Shown here: positions 18,826 to 29,522 of the stretch, in pieces
How the letters are laid out: each line of letters opens with the position of its first letter
How positions within the stretch are numbered: position 1 is the stretch's first letter
From: an uncultured Actinomycetota bacterium
Lineage (GTDB): Bacteria; Actinomycetota; Actinomycetes; Propionibacteriales; Kribbellaceae
NCBI GenBank assembly: GCA_963770725.1
Contig: CAVYQT010000002.1
Location: 126,462-190,461 of the forward strand
Reading direction: 5' to 3'
Length of the DNA stretch: 64,000 bases
Notes under the pieces: generated by a model
What the model saw: the letters and a program-made list of their open reading frames with translations, nothing else
Database searches by the model: none
Told to the model about the DNA's origin: nothing
Translations under genes and position numbers: made by a program

Positions 18826-19356
18826 ATGAGAGCAGGCAGGTGGCGCCGGGCGGGTGCGACGGCAGCCGCTCTGCTCCTCGTCAGCAGTGTGATCGGCGGC
18901 TGCCAGGTAGGTCCCGCGCCGCCCGGTCCGGCCGAGATCCGGACCGGGCCGCCGCCGTGGGACGCGCCCCGTGACGCGGTCTCGTACATCGACAAGGCCG
19001 GTTTCGAACGACTCCCGCTCGACTTCTCCGGCCCCTCGCCGTACACCGTCACCCTCTCGGTCACGGTCGACGGCGCCCCGGTGCAACTCCCGGCGGGGAT
19101 CGGCGTCGACCGCGTCCGGGCCGAGCAGGCCGCCGTACATACGCACACCACCGACGGCGTGGTCCACGTCGAGGCCAAGACGACCGCGGAGCGGCCCACG
19201 CTCGCTCAGTTCTTCACCCTCTGGGGCATCCGGTACGACGCCAAGTGCCTGGGCGACGCCTGTATGTCCCTCACCGTCGAGGTCAACCACCAACCAGCCT
19301 CCTGGGACGCCGCCCTGACGCCCACAGCGCACATTCAGGTCACTGCCCGCCACTGA
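18826..19356 (+). CDS. Hypothetical lipoprotein
   Basis: Signal peptide ending IGGC; HTHTTDGVVHVE motif. Confidence 0.7.
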   Translation: MRAGRWRRAGATAAALLLVSSVIGGCQVGPAPPGPAEIRTGPPPWDAPRDAVSYIDKAGFERLPLDFSGPSPYTVTLSVTVDGAPVQLPAGIGVDRVRAEQAAVHTHTTDGVVHVEAKTTAERPTLAQFFTLWGIRYDAKCLGDACMSLTVEVNHQPASWDAALTPTAHIQVTARH

Positions 19357-19411
19357 AGTGCAATCACTGCTACTCTTTCTGCTGGCATCGTTCGCAGGGA
19401 GGAGATCGAGT

Positions 19412-19657
19412 ATGGCGGCAATCACTGTGCGAAGCCTCGACGACGACGTGAAGCACCGACTGCGCATTCGGGCGGCGCAGCATGGCCGGTCAATGGAGGC
19501 CGAGGTGCGAGCGATCCTCGTCGACGCCGTGGCCGAGGACGAGGAGCCCAAGAACTTCTTCCTCAGGCTGCACGAGCGATTCGCCGCGATCGGCGGGGTC
19601 GAGCTGGACCTTCCGCCGCGGACTCATGAGCACAGGGTGGTCGAGTTCGACGGATGA
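19412..19657 (+). CDS. FitA/VapB-like RHH antitoxin
   Basis: ITVRSLDDDVKHRLRIRAAQHGRSMEAEVRAIL; GGGAGGAG RBS. Confidence 0.88.
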   Translation: MAAITVRSLDDDVKHRLRIRAAQHGRSMEAEVRAILVDAVAEDEEPKNFFLRLHERFAAIGGVELDLPPRTHEHRVVEFDG

Positions 19658-20067
19658 TCGTCCTGGACACCGATGTCGTGTCGGAGCTGATGAAGGAGTC
19701 TCCGGACGCGGCCGTCTGGCGCTGGTTGCACAGCAATCTGGGGGAGGAGCTGTACACGACGGCGATCACCGCCGCCGAGATCCAGAGCGGCATCGAGCGG
19801 ATGCCGACCGGACGCCGCCGGAGGCAGGTGCGGGAGGCCGCGTCGGACATCTTCGCCCTGGTTGAGGACGAGGTCCTGTCGTTCACCGCGGAAGCCGCCA
19901 TGGCCTATCCGGTCGTGATGACCGATCGGCGCCGGGCCGGTCTGCCGATCGCGCCCCTGGATGCGCAGATCGCGGCGATCTGCCTGGTGGAGGAGGCCGC
20001 GCTCGCGACCCGGAACACCCAGGACTTCGCTCGCACAGGTGTCGAGCTGGTCGATCCCTGGGAGTGA
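19654..20067 (+). CDS. vapC: VapC/FitB PIN-domain toxin
   Basis: MIVLDTDVVSE, DAQIAAI, LATRNTQDF; ATGA overlap. Confidence 0.9.
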   Translation: MIVLDTDVVSELMKESPDAAVWRWLHSNLGEELYTTAITAAEIQSGIERMPTGRRRRQVREAASDIFALVEDEVLSFTAEAAMAYPVVMTDRRRAGLPIAPLDAQIAAICLVEEAALATRNTQDFARTGVELVDPWE

Positions 20068-20130
20068 CCGGCGTACCGGGCTGTGGATGGTGAGTCAAGG
20101 GTTTGGGGGCGCGGCCATTAGGCTGATCCG

Positions 20131-21789
20131 GTGACTCCGGAACAGCTCGCTGAGAAGATCCTCCAGGCCCTGGCCGCGCTCGCCGACGACGGCACCATCA
20201 CCGTCGAGGGCGGGCTGCCGCGCGAGCTGACGGTCGAGCGACCCAAGAACCCCGAGCACGGGGACTACGCCACCAACGTCGCGATGCAGCTGGGCAAGCG
20301 CGCCGGGCTGAACCCGCGCCAGTTCGCCGGGCTGCTGGCCGGCAAGCTGACCGACGACGACGCGATCACCGCCGTCGAGATCGCCGGACCGGGGTTCATC
20401 AACATCCGGGTCGCCGCCGATGCCCAGGGCAAGGTCGCGCAGGCGATCGTGGACGCCGGCCCGGTCTACGGCCACACCGACACCCTGCACGGCCAGACGG
20501 TGAACCTGGAGTTCATCTCCGCCAACCCGACCGGCCCGCTGCACCTCGGCCACACCCGCTGGGCCGCCGTCGGCGACGCGCTGGCGCGGGTGCTCGCCGC
20601 GGCCGGAGCCGTGGTCACCCGCGAGTTCTACATCAACGACCGCGGCGCGCAGATGGAGAAGTTCGGCGCCAGCCTGCAGGCGGCCGCGCACGGTCAGCCG
20701 ATCCCCGAGGACGGCTACCACGGTGAGTACATCATCGACCTCGCGAAGCAGATCGTCGCCGAGGTGCCGGGGATCACCGACCTGCCGGAAGCAGAGCAGG
20801 TGATCGCGTTCCGCGAGGCCGGGTATGAGCGCCAGCTCAAGGAGCAGCAGTCCCAGCTCGAGCACTTCCGGACCAAGTTCGACGTCTGGTTCTCCGAGCG
20901 CAGCCTGCACGAGCAGGACGGTGTCGGCCACGCGATCGAGAAGCTCCGCGAGCAGGGTCACCTGTACGACGCCGACGACGCGCTGTGGATGCGGACGACC
21001 GACTTCACCGACGACAAGGACCGGGTGCTGATCCGGTCCAACGGCGAGCCGACGTACTTCGCCTCCGACGCGGCGTACTACGTGAACAAGCGCGAGCGCG
21101 GGTTCGACGTCTGTATCTACATGCTCGGCGCCGACCACCACGGGTACGTGAACCGGCTGAAGGCGATCGCGGCCTGTGCCGGTGACGACCCCGAGCACAA
21201 CATCGAGATCCTGATCGGTCAGCTGGTGAAGATCCTCAAGGGCGGCGAGGAGATGCGGCTGTCCAAGCGGGCCGGCACCATCGTCACGCTGGCCGAGCTG
21301 GTCGAGGAGGGCGGCGTCGACCCGCTCCGCTACACGCTCTGCCGCTACCCGGTGGACTCCCCGCTGACCCTGGACATCGAGGAGATGACCCGTCAGGTCA
21401 GCGAGAACCCGGTGTACTACGTCCAGTACGCGCACGCCCGGCTGGCCTCGATCCTGCGCAACGCCGACGAGCTCGGCATCAAGCTGGACGAGTTCGACCC
21501 GGGTCTGCTCAGCCACGAGCGTGAGGGCGACCTGCTCCGCGCGCTGGCCGAGTTCCCGCGCATCGTCGCCACCGCCGCCGAGCTGCGCGAGCCGCACCGG
21601 ATCGCCCGCTACCTCGAGGACACCGCGTCGGCGTTCCACAAGTTCTACGACAGCTGCCGCGTGCTGCCGCGCGGCGACGAGGAGGTGGAGCCGGTGCACA
21701 AGGCTCGCCTGACCCTGGTCGGCGCGACCAGGACCGTGCTCGCCAACGGGCTGGACCTGCTCGGCGTCTCCGCTCCGGAGCGGATGTGA
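20131..21789 (+). CDS. argS: Arginine--tRNA ligase
   Basis: SANPTGPLHLGH, GADHHGY, YVQYAHAR, APERM. Confidence 0.97.
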   Translation: MTPEQLAEKILQALAALADDGTITVEGGLPRELTVERPKNPEHGDYATNVAMQLGKRAGLNPRQFAGLLAGKLTDDDAITAVEIAGPGFINIRVAADAQGKVAQAIVDAGPVYGHTDTLHGQTVNLEFISANPTGPLHLGHTRWAAVGDALARVLAAAGAVVTREFYINDRGAQMEKFGASLQAAAHGQPIPEDGYHGEYIIDLAKQIVAEVPGITDLPEAEQVIAFREAGYERQLKEQQSQLEHFRTKFDVWFSERSLHEQDGVGHAIEKLREQGHLYDADDALWMRTTDFTDDKDRVLIRSNGEPTYFASDAAYYVNKRERGFDVCIYMLGADHHGYVNRLKAIAACAGDDPEHNIEILIGQLVKILKGGEEMRLSKRAGTIVTLAELVEEGGVDPLRYTLCRYPVDSPLTLDIEEMTRQVSENPVYYVQYAHARLASILRNADELGIKLDEFDPGLLSHEREGDLLRALAEFPRIVATAAELREPHRIARYLEDTASAFHKFYDSCRVLPRGDEEVEPVHKARLTLVGATRTVLANGLDLLGVSAPERM

Positions 21790-23189
21790 GGGCGCACGAG
21801 GCGGGCACGCTGCACGCGGACATCGGCCACCGCGGCCCGTCCTGGCTGCGCGCACCCCGCGACGTCAACGATCTGGTCCCGCAGCTGTGGTCGTCCACGG
21901 CCAAGAAGGCCGCCGAGGGTTCGCTGGTCATCGGCGGGGTCGACGCCCGCGACCTCGTCGCCGAGCACGGCAGCCCGGCGTACGTGCTGGACGAGGACGA
22001 CTTCCGGGCCCGCGCCCGCGCGTTCAAGAACGCCTTCAAGGACTTCGACGTCTACTACGCCGGCAAGGCGTTCCTCTGTACGACGGTCGTCCGCTGGGTG
22101 ATGGAGGAAGGCCTCAACCTCGACGTCTGCAGCGGGGGAGAGCTGGCCGTCGCCCTGCGCGCCGGTGCCGATCCGAAGCGGCTCGGGTTCCACGGCAACA
22201 ACAAGTCCGAATCGGAGCTGGCCCGCGCGTTGGACGCGGGTATCGGCCGGATCATCGTCGACTCGCTGTTCGAGATCGACCGGCTGATCGAGCTGGCCCG
22301 GGAGCGGGACACGGTCGCGCCGGTGATGGTCCGGGTGACCGCGGGCGTCGAGGCGCACACCCACGAGTACATCGCGACCGCGCACGAGGATCAGAAGTTC
22401 GGCTTCTCGATCACCTCCGGCGCCGCCTTCGAAGCCGTTGCCCGAGTCAACGAAGCGGCCGAGCTGGAGCTGCTCGGACTGCACTCGCACATCGGCTCGC
22501 AGATCTTCGACTCGTCCGGGTTCGAGGTAGCCGCGAAGCGCGTGATCGCCTTGCACGCAAGGGTTTCCGACGAGCTTGGCGTGGACATGCCGGAGCTCGA
22601 CCTGGGCGGCGGCTTCGGCATCGCCTACACCACTCAAGATGATCCTTCCGACCCGGCCCAACTGGCGACCGAGATGGGCAAGATCGTCGAGCACGAGTGC
22701 CGCGCCTTCCAGGTCGACGTGCCGAAGGTGTCGATCGAGCCCGGTCGCGCGATCGTCGGCCCGGCCGTCTGCACCGTCTACACGGTCGGCACGGTCAAGG
22801 AGGTCGAGCTCGACGCCGGCGCCTCCCGCACCTACGTGTCCGTCGACGGCGGGATGAGCGACAACATCCGCACCGCGCTGTACGACGCCGACTACTCCTG
22901 CACGCTGGCCGGCCGGTACTCCGACGCCGAGCCCACCCTGGCCCGGATCGTCGGCAAGCACTGTGAGTCCGGCGACATCGTGGTGAAGGACGAGTTCGTC
23001 CCGTCCGACGTGCGGCCCGGCGACCTGCTCGCCGTCCCCGGGACGGGTGCCTACTGCCGGTCGATGGCGAGCAACTACAACCACGTGCCGCGACCACCGG
23101 TGATCGCGGTCAAGGACGGTCACACGCGGATCGTCGTACGGCGCGAGACCGAAGACGACCTGCTGGCACTGGACATGGGGGCCGAGTGA
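21786..23189 (+). CDS. lysA: Diaminopimelate decarboxylase
   Basis: YAGKAF, HSHIGSQI, CESGD. Confidence 0.96.
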   Translation: MRAHEAGTLHADIGHRGPSWLRAPRDVNDLVPQLWSSTAKKAAEGSLVIGGVDARDLVAEHGSPAYVLDEDDFRARARAFKNAFKDFDVYYAGKAFLCTTVVRWVMEEGLNLDVCSGGELAVALRAGADPKRLGFHGNNKSESELARALDAGIGRIIVDSLFEIDRLIELARERDTVAPVMVRVTAGVEAHTHEYIATAHEDQKFGFSITSGAAFEAVARVNEAAELELLGLHSHIGSQIFDSSGFEVAAKRVIALHARVSDELGVDMPELDLGGGFGIAYTTQDDPSDPAQLATEMGKIVEHECRAFQVDVPKVSIEPGRAIVGPAVCTVYTVGTVKEVELDAGASRTYVSVDGGMSDNIRTALYDADYSCTLAGRYSDAEPTLARIVGKHCESGDIVVKDEFVPSDVRPGDLLAVPGTGAYCRSMASNYNHVPRPPVIAVKDGHTRIVVRRETEDDLLALDMGAE

Positions 23190-24478
23190 ACGACAAACCT
23201 CTCAAGGTCGGCCTGCTGGGCTGTGGTGTGGTCGGGACCGAGGTGGTCCGGATCCTCACCGACCAGGCCGACCACCTCGCCGCCCGGGTCGGAGCGCGGC
23301 TGGAGATCGCCGGGATCGCCGTACGGCGGCCGGGTCGTGCGCGCGACATCGCCGTCGACCCCGCGCTGATCACCACCGACGCCCAGGCGCTGGTGAAGCG
23401 GGGCGACCTGGACATCGTCATCGAGGTGATCGGCGGGCTCGAACCCGCCCGCAGCCTGATCCTGACCGCCCTCGAGCACGGCGCCTCGGTGATCACGGCG
23501 AACAAGGCGCTGCTGGCCGAGGACGGCCCGACGTTGTTCGCCGCCGCGGAGAAGTGCCAGCGCGACCTGTACTTCGAGGCCTCGGTCGCCGGCGCGATCC
23601 CGATTCTCCGCCCGCTGCGCGAGTCGCTGGCCGGTGACGACGTGACCCGGGTGATGGGCATCGTCAACGGCACCACGAACTACATCCTCGACAAGATGGA
23701 CTCCACCGGCGCCGGCTTCGACGAGGCACTGGAAGAGGCACAGTCCCTCGGGTACGCCGAGGCCGACCCGACCGCCGACATCGAGGGCTTCGACGCGGCC
23801 GCGAAGGCCGCCCTGCTGGCCAGTTTGGCCTTCCACACAAGGGTTTCCATCGCCGACGTCCACCGCGAGGGCATCACCGAGGTGTCCGCGACCGACATCG
23901 CCTCGGCCCGCGAGATGGGCTGCGTCGTGAAGTCGCTGGCGATCTGCGAGCTGGACGAAGCGAGCGACTCGGTCAGCGCCCGGGTGTACCCGGCGATGAT
24001 CCCGGTCAACCACCCGTTGGCCAGTGTTCGCGACGCGTACAACGCCGTGTTCGTGGAATCCAAGGCGGCCGGCCAGCTGATGTTCTATGGTCGTGGTGCC
24101 GGCGGCGCCCCGACGGCCAGTGCGGTCCTCGGGGATCTCGTGTCCGCCGCGCGCAACCGGCTCAAGGGCGTGCCGGGGGTCGGCGAGTCGTCGTACACCC
24201 AGCGGGCCGTGCGGCCGATGGGCGACGCGATGACCCGCTACCACGTGTCGCTGGACGTGGCCGACAAGGCCGGTGTGCTGGCGGCGGTGGCCCATGCCTT
24301 CGCGGAGCACGACGTGTCCATCCAGACCGTCCGCCAGGAGGGCCGGGGCAGTGACGCGCAGCTGGTGGTGGTCACCCACACCGCGACCGACGCCGCGTTG
24401 TCCGCGACCGTGGAGGCCCTGCGTGACATGGACATCGTTCGTGAAGTCAGCAGTGTGATGCGGGTAGAAGGCGAGTAA
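23186..24478 (+). CDS. hom: Homoserine dehydrogenase (with ACT domain)
   Basis: [24 protein letters not shown]. Confidence 0.96.
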   Translation: MNDKPLKVGLLGCGVVGTEVVRILTDQADHLAARVGARLEIAGIAVRRPGRARDIAVDPALITTDAQALVKRGDLDIVIEVIGGLEPARSLILTALEHGASVITANKALLAEDGPTLFAAAEKCQRDLYFEASVAGAIPILRPLRESLAGDDVTRVMGIVNGTTNYILDKMDSTGAGFDEALEEAQSLGYAEADPTADIEGFDAAAKAALLASLAFHTRVSIADVHREGITEVSATDIASAREMGCVVKSLAICELDEASDSVSARVYPAMIPVNHPLASVRDAYNAVFVESKAAGQLMFYGRGAGGAPTASAVLGDLVSAARNRLKGVPGVGESSYTQRAVRPMGDAMTRYHVSLDVADKAGVLAAVAHAFAEHDVSIQTVRQEGRGSDAQLVVVTHTATDAALSATVEALRDMDIVREVSSVMRVEGE

Positions 24479-24482
24479 AGGA

Positions 24483-25559
24483 ATGGCTCAGCAGCGTCCT
24501 CATCAATGGCAAGGCGTGATCGAGGAGTACAGAGACCGGCTTCCCGTTTCGGCGGACACGCCGGTGGTCACGCTCGGCGAGGGCGGGACGCCGCTGGTGG
24601 CTGCGCAGTGGCTCAGCGAGCAGACCAACTGCGAGGTCTGGCTCAAGGTCGAGGGCAACAACCCGACCGGCTCGTTCAAGGACCGCGGCATGACGGTCGC
24701 GATCTCGCTCGCCGCGCAGTCGGGTGACAAGGCCGTGGTCTGCGCGTCGACCGGCAACACCTCGGCGTCCGCGGCCGCGTACGCCGTCCGGGCCGGACTG
24801 ATCCCACTCGTGCTGATCCCGGCCGGCCGGATCGCGAAGGGCAAGCTGGCGCAGGCGATCATCCACGGTGCCCAGCTCGTGTCGATCGACGGCGGTTTCG
24901 ACGACTGCCTGCGGATCGTCCGCGAGCTCGGCAAGCACTATCCGGTCGCGCTGGTGAACTCGGTGAACCCGGTCCGGCTGGAAGGTCAGAAGACCGCCGC
25001 CTTCGAGGTGTGCGACGCGCTCGGCGACGCCCCGGACCTGCACCTGCTGCCGGTCGGGAACGCGGGCAACATCGCGGCCTACTGGAAGGGGTACCAGGAG
25101 TACGCCAAGGACAAGCTCGCCTCGAAGACCCCGCGGATGTGGGGTTTCCAGGCCGAGGGTGCGGCGCCGATCGTCCGCGGCGCGATCGTCGAGAAGCCGG
25201 ACACCGCGGCGACCGCGATCCGGGTCGGCAACCCGGCCTCCTGGACGCTGGCCGAGTCCGCCCGGGACGAGTCGGGCGGCCGGATCGAGATGGTCACCGA
25301 TGATCAGATCCTGACCGCGCAGCGTGAGCTCGCCGCCCGCGAGGGCGTGTTCGTCGAGCCCGCGTCGGCGGCCGGCGTCGCCGGACTGCTGCACGCGAAG
25401 TCCCAGGGCTGGCTGGACGGCGGCTCGACCGTGGTGATCACCGTCACAGGACACGGCCTGAAGGACATTGACACCGCCCTCGACCACGCGAAGGTGATCG
25501 AGTCCCCGGTCACGCCTGCCGACACCGATTCCGTCGCCCGCGTCGCCGGCTTGATCTGA
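24483..25559 (+). CDS. thrC: Threonine synthase
   Basis: [18 protein letters not shown]. Confidence 0.96.
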   Translation: MAQQRPHQWQGVIEEYRDRLPVSADTPVVTLGEGGTPLVAAQWLSEQTNCEVWLKVEGNNPTGSFKDRGMTVAISLAAQSGDKAVVCASTGNTSASAAAYAVRAGLIPLVLIPAGRIAKGKLAQAIIHGAQLVSIDGGFDDCLRIVRELGKHYPVALVNSVNPVRLEGQKTAAFEVCDALGDAPDLHLLPVGNAGNIAAYWKGYQEYAKDKLASKTPRMWGFQAEGAAPIVRGAIVEKPDTAATAIRVGNPASWTLAESARDESGGRIEMVTDDQILTAQRELAAREGVFVEPASAAGVAGLLHAKSQGWLDGGSTVVITVTGHGLKDIDTALDHAKVIESPVTPADTDSVARVAGLI

Positions 25560-25570
25560 CGGCGGCCGCG

Positions 25571-26494
25571 GTGGAAACGAAGGGCGACCGCCGGGCGTGC
25601 GACCAGGTGCGGGTCCGCGTCCCCGCGACCAGCGCCAACCTGGGCCCCGGTTTCGACGCGTTCGGACTGGCGCTCACCCTGTACGACGACCTGATCGTGA
25701 CGCCGGGTGGATCCGGCGTCACGGTCGAGGTGACCGGGTCAGGCGACGGCGAGGTGCCGCTGGACGAGTCGCATCTGGTGGTCCGGTCCATTCGTCGCGG
25801 TCTCGAGGCGCTGGGTGCTTCGGTGCCCGGATTCGCGTTGCGGTGTGAGAACCGGATTCCGCACGGCCGCGGTCTCGGTTCGTCGTCGGCCGCGATCGTC
25901 GGCGGCCTCGCGGCGGCGTACGGGCTGGCCGGTGAACCGGTCGATCGCGAGCGGCTCGTCGTACTGGCGAACGAGCTCGAAGGACACCCGGACAACGTGG
26001 CCGCGGCCGCGCTCGGTGGGTTCACGATCGCTTGGACAGAAGGGACTCTGCCTGATCGAGAGGGGGCCCGGGCGGTCCGGCTGGAGACGGTGAACGGATT
26101 GGCTGCCGTCGCCTATGTACCCGACAATCGCGTGCTGACAAAGGAGGCGCGCGGGTTGCTGCCGGGCGTCGTACCTCACAGTGATGCGGCGGCGAATGCG
26201 GGGAAGGCTGCATTGCTCGTCGCGGCGTTGACCGCCCGGCCGGAACTGCTGCTGACAGCGACCGAGGACCGGTTGCACCAGGAGTACCGGGAGCCGGCGA
26301 TGCCGGAGAGTCTGGCGCTCGTGCACAAGCTGCGGGGGAGCGGGTTGCCGGCGATCGTGAGCGGGGCCGGACCGACCGTCGTCGTACTGGGCCGCCCGGA
26401 CGGATCGCCCCCGCCTCCGCCGGACGGCTGGACGCGGTACGAGCTGGCGATCGATCCAGTGGGAGTACAGGTCTGGTCGCTGGAGGCGGGGTAG
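25571..26494 (+). CDS. thrB: Homoserine kinase
   Basis: PATSANLGPGFD, GRGLGSS, EGHPDNV, SGAGPT. Confidence 0.95.
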   Translation: METKGDRRACDQVRVRVPATSANLGPGFDAFGLALTLYDDLIVTPGGSGVTVEVTGSGDGEVPLDESHLVVRSIRRGLEALGASVPGFALRCENRIPHGRGLGSSSAAIVGGLAAAYGLAGEPVDRERLVVLANELEGHPDNVAAAALGGFTIAWTEGTLPDREGARAVRLETVNGLAAVAYVPDNRVLTKEARGLLPGVVPHSDAAANAGKAALLVAALTARPELLLTATEDRLHQEYREPAMPESLALVHKLRGSGLPAIVSGAGPTVVVLGRPDGSPPPPPDGWTRYELAIDPVGVQVWSLEAG

Positions 26495-26848
26495 CCGCGT
26501 GGACCGGTGGGAATGATCCGCGATTGACACGCGTTGTACCCCTCGAGTCAGCAGAACGACCCAGAGTGGTGCTAGTCTCGACTCACCCGATCCCCTCCAG
26601 GTGGTCGGTGAACTCTCGTCACGATCCGGGCTGTGCTCCCGGCACCCTGTGTTGTGTGGCGACCCTCCTGTGGATCTGAACTTGCGCCGCCTGCGCCGGA
26701 GATGTCCGAGGGGACTCAGATCGAGCGAGAGCCTCTTGATACCCACGTCGCCGCCGCAGCCCGAACAGTCGGCTCCGCGTCGGTCGTGAGTGATGAAACG
26801 GTCGGTGCGCACATCTGACATCGACGATCCGTGTGGGAAGGACCTCAC

Positions 26849-28993
26849 GTGACAGAAACTGTTGAAGCCTCCAGCGGCGCCGGCACCACGCCGGCCCCGG
26901 GTACCGATGCCGCCGCGGCCACCACCGCGACGCGTCGCCGGAAGGCCGGAGGCGGCCTCGAGGGCATGCTGCTCCCCGAGCTCAAGCAGCTCGCCGGGAC
27001 GCTGGGCATCAAGGGCACCGGCGCGCTGCGCAAGGGCCAGCTGATCGAGGCGATCAAGGCTGCCCAGGCGGGTGGCTCCACGGGCGGTTCGCGCCCGAAG
27101 ACGAGCCAGCCGACCCTGGACGAGGGTGCCGCCGAGGCGCCCGCGGCCAAGGCCGACGCCCCGGCCAAGCGCGAGGGCGGCAGCCGCCGGACCCGCGCCG
27201 CGGCCGAGAAGGACTCCGGCCAGAACAGCGCCCTGTCCGCCGAGCCGACCGCTGCCGAGCCGACCGCTGCCGAGCCGACCGCCGCCGCACCGGCCTCCGC
27301 TGCACCGGCCGCGTCCGCGCCGGCCGTGACCGCCGAGGCGCCCGCCGCCGAGGTCGCGACGCAGAACGGCACCACCGTCGCCGAGCCCGCGGAGGGCCGC
27401 GACACCCGCAACCGCGACCGCAATCGGGACACCCAGAACCGGGACAACCGCGACCGGGACGGCCAGACCCGCGACAACCGCGGTGACAACCGCGGCGACC
27501 GGGGCGAGCCGAACCGCGACCGCACCCGGGACGGAAGCCGCGACGGCCAGAACCGGGACAACCGCGACCGGGACGGCCAGAACCGGGACGGCCAGAACCG
27601 CGATGGGCAGAACCGCGATGGGCAGAACCGCGACAACCGCGGTGACAGCCAGCGTGGCGGTGACAGCCGCAACCGGCAGGACCAGAACGACCGCGGCGAG
27701 GAAGGCGAGGGCCGTCGCCGGCGCCGCCGGGGCCGCGACCGGGATCGCAACCGCGACGGCAGCCCGGCCCCCCGGGACAACACCCGCAACCGCGGTCGCG
27801 GCGAGCGGTTCGACCCGGAGCCGACGATCAGCGAGGACGACGTCCTCGTCCCGGCGGCCGGCATCCTCGACGTACTGGACAACTACGCGTTCGTCCGGAC
27901 CAGCGGCTACCTGCCCGGCCCGAACGACGTGTACGTCGCCCTGTCGATGGTGAAGCGGTACGGCCTGCGCAAGGGTGACGCGATCACCGGTGCGGTGAAG
28001 CAGCCGCAGGAGGGTGAGCGCAAGGAGAAGTTCAACCCGCTGGTCCGGATCGACACCGTGAACGGGGCGGACCCGGAGATCGCCAAGCAGCGGCAGGACT
28101 TCAACAAGCTGACCCCGCTGTACGCGACCGAGCGGCTCCGGCTGGAGACCGAGCCCGGGGTGCTCACCACCCGGATCGTCGACATCGTCAGCCCGATCGG
28201 CAAGGGCCAGCGCGGCCTGATCGTCTCCCCGCCGAAGGCCGGTAAGACGATGGTGCTGCAGGCGCTGGCGAACGCGATCACCACGAACAACCCCGAAGTG
28301 CACCTGATGGTGGTGCTGGTGGACGAGCGGCCCGAAGAGGTCACCGACATGCAGCGCACCGTCAAGGGCGAGGTCATCGCCTCGACCTTCGACCGGCCGG
28401 CCGACGACCACACCACGGTCGCGGAGCTGGCGATCGAGCGGGCCAAGCGCCTGGTCGAACTGGGTCACGACGTCGTCGTCCTGCTCGACTCGATCACCCG
28501 GCTGGGACGCGCGTACAACATCGCGGCACCGGCCAGCGGCCGGATCCTGTCCGGTGGTGTCGACTCCTCGGCGCTGTACCCGCCGAAGCGGTTCTTCGGT
28601 GCGGCCCGCAACATCGAGGACGGCGGCTCGCTGACCATCCTGGCCACCGCGCTGATCGAGACCGGGTCCAAGATGGACGAGGTCATCTTCGAGGAGTTCA
28701 AGGGCACCGGCAACATGGAGCTGCGGCTGCGCCGCGAGTTCGCCGACCGGCGCATCTTCCCGGCCATCGACGTGGTCGCCTCCGGCACCCGCCGCGAGGA
28801 ACTGCTGATGAGCAAGGACGAGACCCAGGTGGTCTGGAAGCTCCGCCGGGTGCTGTCCGCGCTCGACGGCCAGGCGGCGCTCGAGCTGCTGATCGGCAAG
28901 CTCAAGGAGAGCAAGTCGAACATCGAGTTCCTCTTGCAGGTCAACAAGACCACTCCGTCGGCAGGCGGTCGCAGCACCGACGACGGCAGCTGA
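26849..28993 (+). CDS. rho: Transcription termination factor Rho with long low-complexity N-terminal insertion
   Basis: [33 protein letters not shown]; GAAGGA RBS before GTG 26849. Confidence 0.97.
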   Translation: MTETVEASSGAGTTPAPGTDAAAATTATRRRKAGGGLEGMLLPELKQLAGTLGIKGTGALRKGQLIEAIKAAQAGGSTGGSRPKTSQPTLDEGAAEAPAAKADAPAKREGGSRRTRAAAEKDSGQNSALSAEPTAAEPTAAEPTAAAPASAAPAASAPAVTAEAPAAEVATQNGTTVAEPAEGRDTRNRDRNRDTQNRDNRDRDGQTRDNRGDNRGDRGEPNRDRTRDGSRDGQNRDNRDRDGQNRDGQNRDGQNRDGQNRDNRGDSQRGGDSRNRQDQNDRGEEGEGRRRRRRGRDRDRNRDGSPAPRDNTRNRGRGERFDPEPTISEDDVLVPAAGILDVLDNYAFVRTSGYLPGPNDVYVALSMVKRYGLRKGDAITGAVKQPQEGERKEKFNPLVRIDTVNGADPEIAKQRQDFNKLTPLYATERLRLETEPGVLTTRIVDIVSPIGKGQRGLIVSPPKAGKTMVLQALANAITTNNPEVHLMVVLVDERPEEVTDMQRTVKGEVIASTFDRPADDHTTVAELAIERAKRLVELGHDVVVLLDSITRLGRAYNIAAPASGRILSGGVDSSALYPPKRFFGAARNIEDGGSLTILATALIETGSKMDEVIFEEFKGTGNMELRLRREFADRRIFPAIDVVASGTRREELLMSKDETQVVWKLRRVLSALDGQAALELLIGKLKESKSNIEFLLQVNKTTPSAGGRSTDDGS
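27236..27690 (+). repeat. In-frame 15-bp coding repeats in rho (AEPTA x3; RDGQN/RDN repeats)
   Basis: GCCGAGCCGACCGCT tandem copies; repeated CGSGAYGGSCAGAAC. Confidence 0.85.
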
Positions 28994-29102
28994 GAATCCC
29001 TCGATTACCAGTTTGCTGCCCTCGGGTGGCAAACTGGTATGTCGGTTCCGGTTCACGTCCGCGCCCGCGGGCGACCCGGAGCACCTGAACCTAGGAGATC
29101 CT

Positions 29103-29309
29103 TTGAAGAGCGACATCCACCCGACGTACGTCGACACCACGGTGACCTGTACCTGTGGCGCCACGTTCACCACGCGCTCGACCGCGGAGAACGGTGTGAT
29201 CCACGCCGACGTCTGCTCGCAGTGCCACCCCTTCTACACCGGCAAGCAGAAGATTCTCGACACCGGTGGCCGGGTGGCCCGCTTCGAGAAGCGGTACGCC
29301 AAGAAGTAG
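29103..29309 (+). CDS. rpmE: 50S ribosomal protein L31 (Zn-binding C+ form)
   Basis: TTG start after AGGAGA; CTCG...[10 protein letters not shown]. Confidence 0.96.
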   Translation: MKSDIHPTYVDTTVTCTCGATFTTRSTAENGVIHADVCSQCHPFYTGKQKILDTGGRVARFEKRYAKK

Positions 29310-29316
29310 CGACCTC

Positions 29317-29370
29317 ACCGCGCGCCGGTCCGCGAGCTCCACGCTCCGCGTGACCGGCGCGCGGTTTGTG
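29317..29370 (+). terminator. Intrinsic terminator-like hairpin after rpmE
   Basis: ACCGCGCGCCGGTC...GACCGGCGCGCGGT followed by TTGTGTT. Confidence 0.6.
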
Positions 29371-29391
29371 TTGTCGGAGACGTGAAGGACG

Positions 29392-29480
29392 GTCATGGGG
29401 CCTCCCGGCCTGGACTGAGGAGCGCAGGGAGCGTAGCGACTGGAGTGACGAGGGAAGGCCGGGAGCCAAGGCCCCATGAC
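29392..29480. repeat. REP/MIRU-like long imperfect hairpin element
   Basis: GTCATGGGGCC-TCCCGGCCT ... AGGCCGGGA-GCCAA-GGCCCCATGAC enclosing a purine-rich loop. Confidence 0.55.
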
Positions 29481-29522
29481 ACGCCGGCGCCGGAGGCCCG
29501 GCCATAGGTACAGGAGTGCGGG

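Noticed and set aside
25739-29173. 1144-aa antisense ORF and similar long shadow ORFs (e.g. 7264-9174, 20095-21855, 41582-43468)
   Set aside because: Antisense to well-conserved genes; expected from high GC3 codon bias; no motifs
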